The translations under genes were made by a program, and so were the position numbers. Under the pieces are notes generated by a model, which saw only the letters and a list, made by a program, of their open reading frames with translations, was not told the DNA's origin and made no database searches. DNA of 64,000 nucleotides from Phoronis australis (lineage: Eukaryota > Animalia > Phoronida), in assembly GCA_002633005.1 (NCBI GenBank), contig NMRA01000044.1, positions 945,097-1,009,096 of the forward strand, written 5' to 3'. Numbering within the stretch: position 1 is the stretch's first letter; every line of letters starts with the position of its first letter. Shown here in pieces: positions 49,801 to 59,170 of this stretch.

Positions 49801-52800
49801 GTCCGACGAACCATCGGTTTAGGACTCGGAAGACCAGGCAGTTTGGCCACCGTAAGAGTAATTCGGTGACGTTTCGATTGACAAGTCGTCGATAAACTTG
49901 TAATATTTCAACGGCACTTTTAGGGACCAAAAGGGTTCAGTGAAAAATCAATGATATTTTGCCACATTTTGCTAAACCTCTGTCCTGTGCTATGGGGGCT
50001 CGTATGGAAATTCACGGCTCAAGATACGTTTGTTCGCTATGTTGTCTATTCTCCACTAACAACCTCTTAGTTATAAGATCGTTTGCTCTTGGGTCACAAT
50101 CTGGTTTCGAACAATTGTTTTGCACAACTTTCGTAATCTGTAGTTTTGGCCGTTATACAGTTTTCTATTGCATTTTATTGCAGCTTAATGTATGGTAGTG
50201 TACTTTCGTTGTGTCTTTTTGTTGCATCGTGTTGTTTTGTACTGTATGTCATTCTAGCGTATGTGGGGCTTATCGGCTATCAAGATATAATACTTGTTTG
50301 CAATGTTCATCTTATTTCCGACAGGCGCCGGTGGAGATCCGCACTTTTTGATTCCCGTGGATGGTCTGGACAGACCCTTATGTTTCGATGTAACAGGGCA
50401 TCGTGGAGAGACGTACCAGCTGATTCAGGATTCGCGCTTGGGTTTGTTGTCATTTGAAGGTCGTTGATGTCAGAAATGTCAAAATTAACGATTTAATAAT
50501 ATTCGGACTGCACCAAGTTATTGTTTAACTCTGATAATCATCAGATTTCCAAAATACGCGGGAAATAGCTGCGTAATCTCTCTTTAGTTCACAGGATGCT
50601 AAAACCAGGTGTTAGCTTGTGGTGGTTGACTATAATATTGCGTTTTGCGGTACTAAGTAAGACGATAAGCATTCCTTTGAAAGCTACACGATCAAGTCTG
50701 TGGTCTTCATCTTTATTGTCGTTGTCTGAATATTCCGATATCGAAGTTGTTTCATTCGCTTCTCAGACCGCGCCTTTTCATCCGCAAAATGCTCATACAA
50801 TTATGGTTTATAGGGGAGATAAGACACACTTTTTTAGCCTGTCGGCGGCGTTACTTACGATTTTCTTATATTTGTTATAAAGGGTTTTGTTACTAGACTC
50901 GTAAACAATGAATAGTTTGCAAGTGCGCGGACAGTCTTTAAAAGGGCGGTGTTCGTGCAAACACAGATAGACTGCCCTCTTTTCAGGCTGCAATAACAGA
51001 TACCATATTGAATTTTATTTCTCTAACGCAGTGCTTCAGACGTTTTTCCACAAAAGGAGACTAAATACTGATTTAGTGATTCTGCCATAGGCTATTGTAC
51101 TCTCAACTCTACAGCTGCTACAATACTGCCCGTATCCTCAGTACTTAGTACAAAGTTGTACGATTGCTTTTATTATTAATAGTTCTCAAAACATAAGCTC
51201 TATAACAATCGTTTTGGTGCTTTACAGGTCTAGTCTCCAATGGACGTATAGTCAGTAAAGTTGAACATTCCAACAAGACCTATTTTGGATACATATCTAT
51301 ACTTGGACGAGGTCACACCATCATTGTCACGCCACACAACATCACCATCGACGAAATAACGTATAAATGGACGAAACACGTGCGGCACAATCAGAAATTT
51401 CGTTTGGGAGAAATAGGTATGTAGCCTGGCCTACCCACTTGACAGTGGTGTGGAAGCCCACTATAATGTCGGACGAGTATCATGATGAGTTGCTGAGTTA
51501 CTTGAAAAAGGCGGAAAATAATGAAGAAGTTGCCAAAATGCTGAGTAATGATTGTGACGCAGAGCAGGGCGCCCTCTTTGTGATCCTAAAATAAGACCTA
51601 GTCGAAGCCATATTAGTGTGCCTATCCACTGTGTGCAGCCTAAGCGGTTGTTTGTTGCCCCGCGAAAACCAGGGGCCCTGCTAATTAGAGCTGAACTTAC
51701 AGTCTGAATGACCGTGGGGGTTCCTCAACGGCTGTTAGGGCACACCTCTTCTTTGACGTGTGCAACGGTTGTTTTTATGTCAAGAATATTCACAGTTTTG
51801 CGAACGTTTGCGCATTATTGTTGAGTTTGGAATGAACGAACCTCAAGATTTACTCGATTTCAGTTCCTAAGACATTATTGAGATTTTTATTGACAAAGTA
51901 AAAGAGACATCGGCGGGCTGCCTATTCGACGAGTGGTAGAAAAAATCCTCAACTCCGCTCAAATTTTGCCCGCATCTATATGCAGGCCCTAGTGCTGCCA
52001 CCTATGGTGTGGTCGGACTATGCTTGAAGGTTGAAGGAAACACGGTAATAAAGTAAGCCTCGACCCATCCAGTCTTCAAATTCGATGCGAATTTATAAAG
52101 CTTTGTGACACTGCCTGTGTGGTATCGTTGTACATTACACTTTTCCGTTATAGTCGTTACCATTTACGAGCGGAATGGCATGACGATAGCATTCAGAGAG
52201 GCGAAAATAAAGCTGCAGGTCGTGCGTCGATTGGTGAGACCTACCCATCCATTCAAAGTTGATTTTCTTGGACTCTTCGTTGCCCGAAAAGATGGATTTT
52301 CTGAGGCCACGGATGGATTGATAGGTAAGAAAATAAGCCCGATTAACAATGTTGATTTGATCACGTTCTTATCTCTTCTAGAGACTGGATGTTACTTTAT
52401 CTCCAGGTGTCTCCGGAAATTCATAAATGACGTACCAGTTCTGTGTGATTCCAACTGAAATCATCGATGAGCATTTTATACACAAATTTGTGCCTTCCGA
52501 TGTTGCAGGTCCGTACATGCAATATGGTTAAACTTAAGGAACACCAATTTTTAAGATGCATTTCAGTAAGTCACCGCTGTTTGTTACTTCAGCGAAAAGA
52601 TACAAAAGATGTACTGTTATAGGCTTGGTTGAGAGATGATTCATTTAAAAAGTTAAGGTCAAAGGCCAAGGCAACCTATTTTCATGTCATTTTTTACGGT
52701 TCGTTGATTATCCCAGACATATTTTTCAGTTAATTACGACTTCTCGTAATTTAATCAATCAGTCTTGCCGTACTCCGGAAGTGACGTTTTGGGGATTAAG

Positions 52801-54162
52801 AATTTCCCGCCATTTTGTTTCTGCCTTTGAGTTTACTGTGAAGATCTGTTCTACAGTTGTGTTTGTGCTGGTTTCCTAAAATTGTCGTCACCACTTCCCA
52901 TCGACGAGTATTCTACGACAAGCTAGGTTGATGGCCTCTTCACTGGACAATGAACTGTCATCCTCACTGGGTGTCGAACTGGGCCTATGTTCACTCCCAC
53001 TACTCATCATCGCTGCAGGGCTGCTTACAGGCTATGGGATGGAGACAACACAAGCACAAGCAGGGCAAAGCCTGTTAGTTCTCGGAATGGAACGCTCTGT
53101 TACGTTCGCAGGCACGGGTGACAGCAGATGAAGGGCCTCCAGTCACTGTAGAGGTCACAGCTCGCGAGGCTTCTCGCTTCAATTATTGCACTTCGTGGTG
53201 GCGACGGAGCACTACCGGTAATCAACAGCGACGGTATGGCACCCTTTTTCAGGCGTTGTTTTTCAGGAACCTTCATCAATTCAGCGTAGGAATATCTCTT
53301 TCGTATATCCAACGGCAGATAATGCTTGCCACATACTCGGTAATTCTCCACTGCTTTGTACGTTGCGTGGACGAGTAACGCTTCTTCACACGAACGAGCC
53401 AATACGGCGGAGTGTGTCATCGAAACCTTTAATGGCATACCCAAAGTGTGCGTGATACAATAATGAGTACATCCCGATACGCAGCAACCGTGCGGCATGT
53501 TGACTGACGACCGAAGTTATCACAACCGAGGTGCAACAGTGAACGAATCGACAGCTTACACGTAAGACTATATAAAAAGGAAATGGCGGGAAACTCGTTA
53601 CCCCCTCAACGTCACTTCTGGAGTTGGGCACGATTAATTAGTTAAGTAGCTGTAATTAACTGAAAAATATGTATGGAATAATCAACGGACCGTATTTTTA
53701 CTAAAAATGTTGCCTTCGCCTTTAAAGTCACGTGGCTTTTACCCCATCAATGAAAGGTAATATTGCAAAAAAAAATTTCAGACTGTAAAATCACTGAAGT
53801 TCATTAACATTCATCCACTTCCGCCAAAAAGAAGGCCACAAAGAACTGTCTGAAATATATAATCAACTTTGCACCATAACTATTAATTTGACAAAGCACG
53901 CTTCATTTCTTTTCTATTAGGTCAATTTCAACATATTCGCGTTGATGATGTCGGAGGGTTCCTAACTTTCCCTAGAAGTTCGAGAAGACCACTCAAAGCA
54001 ACCGTCCTTGAGAAACCGAATATGGCACTGCTGAAATGGCAGCAATGTTACTTTGTCAGCGACGAGGGCCGCGGTCTCGTTCGAGGTGAGGCCGATGACT
54101 ACCTTGTGCCAGATTTATTGTTTAGAGAGAACGCTGTGAAGTTTTCGCGTCTCCACAACTGA
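31778..54162 (+). CDS. Secreted inter-alpha-trypsin inhibitor heavy chain-like protein with an extra N-terminal VWA domain (SP-VWA-T/P linker-VIT-VWA-linker-GDPHF-ITI_HC_C), 19 exons, about 1169 aa
   Basis: All exons have GT-AG boundaries and matching phases: 31778-31849, 33709-33831, 34090-34440, 40254-40424, 41592-41789, 42029-42183, 42758-42868, 43207-43457, 45144-45304, 45550-45838, 46465-46816, 47496-47632, 47811-48028, 48555-48696, 48800-48859, 50325-50441, 51228-51416, 52154-52324, 53921-54162 (3510 nt). ITIH hallmarks: [105 protein letters not shown]. Confidence 0.88.
33709..33831 (+). CDS. ITIH-like exon 2 (N-terminal VWA, MIDAS-like DTTTS)
   Basis: ttttcag|DANPAGQGPLEIVFSFDTTTSMAPVINIVRSKVEELIGRLQ|gtctgc. 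Confidence 0.85.
34090..34440 (+). CDS. ITIH-like exon 3 (N-terminal VWA core)
   Basis: tttttag|SDIPDIRIAVFAQSEY...PEAYERALRDVRTELSWTPGSRRALVLIGDDEPHE...IDWKEESYNLRDM|gtaagg; 117 open codons. Confidence 0.88.
37623..37783. mobile_element. hAT-like MITE copy (inverted relative to the copy at 15002)
   Basis: CAGGGGCAAATCC...TTAAATCCACCACTG ends; core CCCGAACTGCCAAATGG. Confidence 0.55.
39211..39257. repeat. (TTGG)n/(TTGA)n microsatellite
   Basis: ttggttggtt...ttggttggttggttgattgtttgattg. Confidence 0.7.
40254..40424 (+). CDS. ITIH-like exon 4 (C-terminal part of the N-terminal VWA)
   Basis: ttttag|GVKIYAIQARNLHRADYFYKAVAHNTNGFHLRLTNFDNIFTFIMAISYRAFGLEYLK|gtatgt. Confidence 0.87.
41592..41789 (+). 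CDS. ITIH-like exon 5 (end of VWA module plus Thr/Pro-rich linker)
   Basis: acgtag|LFEEEVTYRHKTRGEIMDSKLKRLFRTLKRSQ...TTITPTRRYRPTTPTTVPTTTESYQGTQ|gtatgc. Confidence 0.8.
42029..42183 (+). CDS. ITIH-like exon 6 (VIT domain start)
   Basis: tttcag|[51 protein letters not shown](M)|gtaagt. Confidence 0.9.
42300..42785 (+). repeat. Tandem duplication of about 241 bp spanning the exon-7 splice acceptor
   Basis: Two diverged units, ACGCCAC..GAATTAATGAAGTTGC...GAGATTTATC.CTTAG.ACAATTGAYGGGAAAACGTATC, with no N between them. Confidence 0.85.
42758..42868 (+). CDS. ITIH-like exon 7 (VIT)
   Basis: cttag|TIDGKTYHAEVKEKEKAKREYNKAKSEGKTTGHVEQ|gtgagt. Confidence 0.9.
43207..43457 (+). CDS. ITIH-like exon 8 (VIT end)
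   Basis: tttcag|[38 protein letters not shown]...SVTQ|gtattt. Confidence 0.9.
45144..45304 (+). CDS. ITIH-like exon 9
   Basis: gttag|ENPMATVDRTSPNTAHIRFHPTTEDQ...GQFVVQYDVDRQPGIGEIQ|gtacgt. Confidence 0.9.
45550..45838 (+). CDS. ITIH-like exon 10 (ITIH VWA, MIDAS DTSGS)
   Basis: ttttag|[44 protein letters not shown]...FLAVG|gtaaga. Confidence 0.92.
46465..46816 (+). CDS. ITIH-like exon 11 (ITIH VWA)
   Basis: ttgcag|GTNINDAALRG...FLTDGTPTDGE...FTLGFG...LQGFYDEVKSPLLNNIVF|gtaggt. Confidence 0.92.
46998..47417. mobile_element. Older MITE similar to the 1599-1999 Harbinger-type family
   Basis: Degenerate TIRs CCGGAGCTCGGGGTCTAACCTTTTTGCTTGAAA / TTTCGAGTGCAAAGAATAGATCCCAGGCACCGG; similar size and CTCGA-rich interior. 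Confidence 0.5.
47496..47632 (+). CDS. ITIH-like exon 12
   Basis: Acceptor gataag| (AAG); YVGVDVNESVTTETTFSNYFNGSEIIVSG...VS|gtacgt; the YFNGSEIIVxG motif is typical of ITIH. Confidence 0.85.
47811..48028 (+). CDS. ITIH-like exon 13
   Basis: ttgcag|...[40 protein letters not shown]|gtgtgt. Confidence 0.9.
48248..48436 (+). repeat. Duplicate of about 80 bp either side of the N at 48354
   Basis: TTTTGTTTAGCCACCC...CGTCTCTCTAGG occurs twice; the first copy runs into a MITE end. Confidence 0.8.
48555..48696 (+). CDS. ITIH-like exon 14
   Basis: tttcag|[47 protein letters not shown]|gtaagc. Confidence 0.88.
48721..48776. repeat. Degenerate (TTA/TTG)n microsatellite
   Basis: tattattgttattaattattgttattgttattat. 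Confidence 0.55.
48800..48859 (+). CDS. ITIH-like exon 15 (short linker exon)
   Basis: ttgcag|RVNNDRGIGFVRGPSPARGA|gtaagt; symmetric phase 1-1. Confidence 0.7.
50325..50441 (+). CDS. ITIH-like exon 16 (GDPHF Asp-Pro cleavage motif)
   Basis: gacag|GAGGDPHFLIPVDGLDRPLCFDVTGHRGETYQLIQDSRL|gtttgt. Confidence 0.88.
51228..51416 (+). CDS. ITIH-like exon 17 (ITI heavy-chain C-terminal domain)
   Basis: ttacag|GLVSNGRIVSKVEHSNKTYFGYISILGRGHTIIVTPHNITID...LGEI|gtatgt. Confidence 0.86.
52154..52324 (+). CDS. ITIH-like exon 18
   Basis: ttatag|VVTIYERNGMTIAFREAKIKLQVVRR...VDFLGLFVARKDGFSEATDGLI|gtaaga. Confidence 0.87.
52663..53721 (-). mobile_element. Kolobok-like DNA transposon derivative carrying a THAP domain, in the last ITIH-like intron
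   Basis: AGG...CCT termini flanked by TCAA/TTAA (TTAA-type TSD); imperfect inverted repeats of about 150 bp; internal THAP ORF. Confidence 0.7.
53100..53498 (-). CDS. THAP zinc-finger domain ORF (transposon-derived, possibly decayed)
   Basis: MPHGCCVSGC...YRVCGKHY...RLKKGAIPSL: C2CH signature and AVPT-like box; the conserved FP/W residues are not evident. Confidence 0.6.
   Translation of the reverse strand: MPHGCCVSGCTHYCITHTLGMPLKVSMTHSAVLARSCEEALLVHATYKAVENYRVCGKHYLPLDIRKRYSYAELMKVPEKQRLKKGAIPSLLITGSAPSPPRSAIIEARSLASCDLYSDWRPFICCHPCLRT
53921..54162 (+). CDS. ITIH-like last coding exon
   Basis: tattag|GQFQHIRVDDVGGFLTFP...CYFVSDEGRGLVRGEADDYLVPDLLFRENAVKFSRLHN-TGA. Confidence 0.87.
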
Positions 54163-54433
54163 GGTTCAGCGGTGTATTCGCTACTACTGTGAACATGCAC
54201 ATTTACAGCAACGCCATCTCACGAATATGATTTTAGGCGATGAACAGTCTGGTGAAATGACCGTCTCAGATGGCAGAAGATCTGATCACATAGTTTATAA
54301 CCAGATGGAAACGGAACTTCGGACTTACCATCAGGTCTCCGAAGTGATAGCATCATTAAATGTTTTTCATAAACTCAAAACAAGTTTACGTTTGTGATGT
54401 GCAATTTATATATTGCCCTTTTCCATAATTACA

Positions 54434-54439
54434 AATAAA
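54434..54439 (+). terminator. Candidate polyadenylation signal of the ITIH-like gene
   Basis: AATAAA about 270 nt after the stop codon; an ATTAAA also lies at about 54355. Confidence 0.4.
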
Positions 54440-55679
54440 TATGTGCAAAAATGTACGTGTCAGCAGTTTGAAATTACGAAATCGAGAGCCAAGAGCTAAG
54501 AGTCTAGGTCAGTTTTAATTGTCAATAATTCAAACAGTTGTTGAATGAGTGCGCATAGTTTCTTGTCCATCATTCCGTTGAATACTCATGGATGAAAACC
54601 TTCACAGGCGTGATAACTATTACACAATTCTTTTCAAACAAAAGTAACTCGATTATAATATCTCCTAACAAATAGCCCGCTGTTGCCAAGTCATTCCACA
54701 TGCGCGAAATGAGATGTATACACAAAACGTATCGCGAGTGGCGTACATGAAGTAATATCCCATTATTCCGGGTATGGACCTTGACCTTGACCCAGACTGT
54801 TCACATGACGGATCACATCCTATATGTATGTACTTGCGGGTTAGGTTGCAAGTTTTTTCTTGTAAAAGAAACAGTTTTAAAAGTAACGATATATTTCTTG
54901 AAAAGAGGTAACAAAGATGAAAACAACGGCAACTGTGCAGTGAACGTCTAACATCTCCTGGAAATAGGTAAAAAATAACATTTGATATGTTTCCTAGGAA
55001 TCGGCGCCTGAGTTGCAGACGATATAGTATTCAGCAATTGAAAACTGAAACACAAGTGTCTTAAAATTTACAGTTTTGTTCCAGATTTTACGTTTAGGGC
55101 CTGCCTGCATGTCAATTGTTAGCTACACTGCTGCACCTGTATTACTTTTAACTATATACGGAAAGTTTGATGATCGAACCCGTTGAAGATCTTGTGTCGA
55201 CATTGACCTACCTTTTGAACTTTCCATGTCAGAGGTCACTGTTGAAGTAGTGCGGGAGGTGAATACGGAAAACTTTATTATATGGCCGTATTTCCCTCGA
55301 CAGATTCAACGCGTATGGGATAAAAGTGGAAGACAGTCACACTTGCAGTGACCAACGTTTTTCGTAACCTTAACTGAGAGCAAATACATCGACGTAAAGA
55401 TTTTTCAGCTGTAGAATTGCCTTCCTTCGTTTGTCAACAGGCAGCGTAGACTCACCGTAAAAATTGTTCGAGGACCTCAAGCAAAACTGCCGACGCCTCG
55501 CATATCGAATCCTTACGACATGTTGTTTCTTAAACTTTCATTTTTCGCTATGGTGATGTCACAGTTTACGACGTCATTACTTTAACAATAGCAACGGTGT
55601 GTTGTGAAGCGTGACTTCCGGTTGTCACGACACGTACAGTCAGATAAAGCCTCTCTAAGCCGCTTGCCAAATGGCAATT

Positions 55680-55827
55680 GCCTCTTGGCCGAATGGTTTA
55701 GATGCTTGACTGTCGCTCGTGCAACCCGTGTTCAAGACTCGGTCATCACCAAGTTTTATACAGGTGTTGTGAGTAAGAACGCTACCTGTATTACAGAGCG
55801 CTTACAGTGTACAAATAATAAAAAATG
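55680..55827 (+). mobile_element. tRNA-derived SINE-like element
   Basis: A-box TGGCCGAATGG, B-box GTTCAAGAC, then CACCA and an A-rich tail (AAATAATAAAAAAA); acceptor stem does not pair as in a true tRNA. Confidence 0.55.
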
Positions 55828-57469
55828 ACTTGGAAAAGCAAGAGATGACAGTCTGAACTCAACTACGACTTGACGATGGGTGGGGTGCAGGTAGGCGGAA
55901 GTGTTTGGTGCGGCTATCTTCAGTAACCCTCTTAGTGTACGCTACAACCCTGTTGAATACTTCTCGCTACGCTTGAATGCAAAGCCGTCATATACTTGTC
56001 ACAATTCGTTTTGCCAAATGTTGGCAGCATTTGAGAAAAATATATTAATGCTTACATGTACGGCAAAATGTCACCAATTTTGCACACAATATGTAGAACA
56101 AGATAAATATTTTTCATAAAATGCATTTACTGTGGCACTAAGTACATGTAAACGCTTAATAATTTTTAAACTTTGTACAATAGCTTCCACCAGACAATGT
56201 TTTGGAAAAATCTAGGCATTTACAATATTGGTAAAAACCTTTCATAATGAAAAAGATCAATTTTAGCAGTTGTCCGAAATTGGTGAGAACGGATACGCCA
56301 CCTTGCGTCTGCTTCGATTCTTTTTATTTTTCCTTACACACATGATCGCTTTTTTCTAAACGAAAATGGATAGTACGACCCAGACTGTAGCCCATCAACG
56401 GGTAGACGTCTAGCTATCTGATAAAAACGTCTATCTTAGCCTCTGGTTCATACATGTATATGAACCAATTAATAGATCAGGTGACGTGATCTAGCGCTGA
56501 CATTTTATTACATTAATCGTATGACTTCTGTAAAACTAAAAGGCTGTTTGCGCCTCCTTGTGTTATCTTTGCTCACTAAGAAAATCTGTGGGACTGCTAC
56601 GCACGCTTGGAACTCGTAAGGGATGATGGTCGTCAGTGTCCTGTACAGTCAGATAATTCGGCTTGCGACTACTATAAGAGGATTGATCCGCAACCATTTC
56701 TATAAAACACAGCATATTCATAATTTTACAAAGTTGAACTTCGTAACAGTGCCATGAGTTTACTTATATTTTAACGATAACTTACCTGTCTTCACAATCA
56801 GGTGCAACATTGGTAAAGTGCGCTCCATTTCGCATTTTGAGCATTTACAGGTGAATCCCATTTTTCTTAGAAAAGTATGCCTTGCGTGCTGCTTAAATTT
56901 CTGGAATTGGGACGTTCTCTTTGTCCATTTCAGCGCTTCCGGTTTGGATGACCGTCTTTTAAATGCTTTCCGAAAGAATTCCATTTAGGACACATCTTAA
57001 ATTGAACTAAAAATGTTTATCAAAGCACGTGGCTGCCTTTTGCCGGAAATGACGTTGTCTTTTGTTCTCCATTCTTTTTGAGAGACCACAGGAAACCGTT
57101 CAGCCAACATTCCCAGACATGTAAAATCAATCCTAGAATTCGCTACGTAAAACACTGTTTGAAGCTATGAAGGGCTCACGGCTGTCAAGCACAGGGATAC
57201 CGTACAGAAGGAACAAGAATGCGTTCCTTTTTTTCAAGCTAGAAAAGCAAGATCATCCACTGACGCGAGTAAAAGGCGAGTGATTCTAGAATTTCTAAAT
57301 ACCTCACTAGCGAAGACTAGCGAAAATGCTCCGTTGAAGTGATTAGTCAGTGAGAATGGAGTGTTGATCACACGCTTTCCTATATTTCGCGTCGCATGTG
57401 TCTCGCGAGTGTCGTGTGTTGTGGAACCAAAGTTCATTGAATCGTGGCCCTTTTAGAAAAAAAATATTT

Positions 57470-59170
57470 CTTTAGAAAAACAGGAAAAGGTTGACATGAG
57501 TGTCATAATCACGTATTGTAATCTAGAGCTTCGACTATTCTTACTAGAATTAATCGTATATTTAAGTCCGGTATGTATCCGGAAGAATCGACTACTGGTG
57601 TAACTGCGCCATTGTAAAAGAATGGAAAAAGAAATGATCTAAATAGTTACCGAGAGCTCACGCTGTTGAACGCTCCAGGGAAAATATTTTCAAAATTTAC
57701 CTGCAATAGAATTAAATATGGGCTGATGAAAATGATTTGGTTAGCACAACCGGTTTTAGAAAGAATCATTCGAGTGCAGACAATTAATTACTCTCCGCAC
57801 ATTAATTCAAACACATCTTTGCATCTTTCCAAAGAAAGGGGAAGGTTTTATTGTATTTTCATAAACTTCAAAAAAGCGTTCGATTGGGTGTGCAGAGAAG
57901 GACTAAAATATAAGAGGATGAAATATGATATTACAAGGAAGTTTTTTAGAATTTTAAATAAGACGTATAAAAATGTTAAACGTTATGTTTCTCTAAACCA
58001 GTTTGGCATCTAACAAAACAGTTTGGCAGTCTAACTGGAGTTAAGCAAGGGAGACAACTATCCTTTTTCATTATCTATTTTTCTGAATGATTTAGGGAAC
58101 GAAATGAGTTCAGATGTAACTACTACAGGAGTCACAGTTGGTCTTCTAGATTCGCACAGTCTATTGTTTGCTGATGACCTAGTCTTGTTCTCTATTACAG
58201 CTTTAAGGTTATGAAGAACTATATTCATAAATACTGTATGAAATTAAAGTTAGATGTAAACCTCTCAAAAACAAACAGTATTGTGTTTAGACGAGGTGGT
58301 TACATTGGGTGCTGATTAGGCATTGGAAACTTTGTTTGTTCTAAAACGGCATATGTACCAATTTCAAATTGTTCTAGTAAATGTCTGGATTCATCTGCTT
58401 GATACTAAGATCAACTCCGTTGTGGAATATTTCGGAGGAATTATGGGGCTTTCTTCAGGCAGAGGATATCAGCCGATTTTTACAAATTTATTCTACGTTT
58501 GGGTCGAAATGTAGCAAATTTTGCTGCAGTTGATGAAATTGGAAGAAATTCTATATACTTACAAAGATTAGTAAAAAATGCACTGGTTTAAATTGTTAAA
58601 AGCAGATTATACTAAATACATTAAAATATGTTGCCTAATTTAAATTGAAATAGCCGAAAATTATCCTAATTTTGGGTGCTTAGTCGTCAAACATTCGTTA
58701 TTAAATTTTGATTTTGGCTTTGTTTGGGAATATCAAGAAGTGGGAAATGAACAACTCATTTTACTTGAATTCCAATAACGTGTCTGTGATATTGATCAGC
58801 AGTGTTAGCAAGACAGGCTTTTATCAATTAAATAGTTGAATCCTTATAGATTATTTAAGGATTGTCTAGTTTGTGAATAATATATTTCATTACTTGATAA
58901 ACAGATCCACATAACAACTTAAGCTAAATTTAGTTGTTCAAGTCCCAAATTAACGATTGAATTGGGTAGACACGTTAATCTGTGCGACTTAAATGACATA
59001 GAAGACGAGGAATGTTTTCTTGTTAAAATGCCCATTTTACTCGGACTTAAGAATTATGTACAGTATTTCTGTCAAAAATAATCTTTCAGATTCATTATGT
59101 TCAATAAGCTGTTGCCTACAAGTGACATTAAAGTCTTAGAAATATCTATTCTATACTCATAAAAGGCATG
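57470..59170 (+). mobile_element. Decayed 5'-truncated non-LTR retrotransposon (CR1/L2/Daphne-like reverse transcriptase)
   Basis: RT motifs broken by frameshifts and stops: SGMYPE..TG..APL.K.G...LNSYRELTLLN..GKIF, FINFKKAFDWV, GVKQG, LSIFLNDL, LLFADDLVLFS, VNLSKT.SIVFRRGG, and C-terminal LTIELGRH...CDLNDIEDEE. Confidence 0.85.

Noticed and set aside
55680-55752. Functional tRNA gene
   Set aside because: The acceptor and anticodon stems do not pair properly, and the downstream body and A-tail fit a SINE better.
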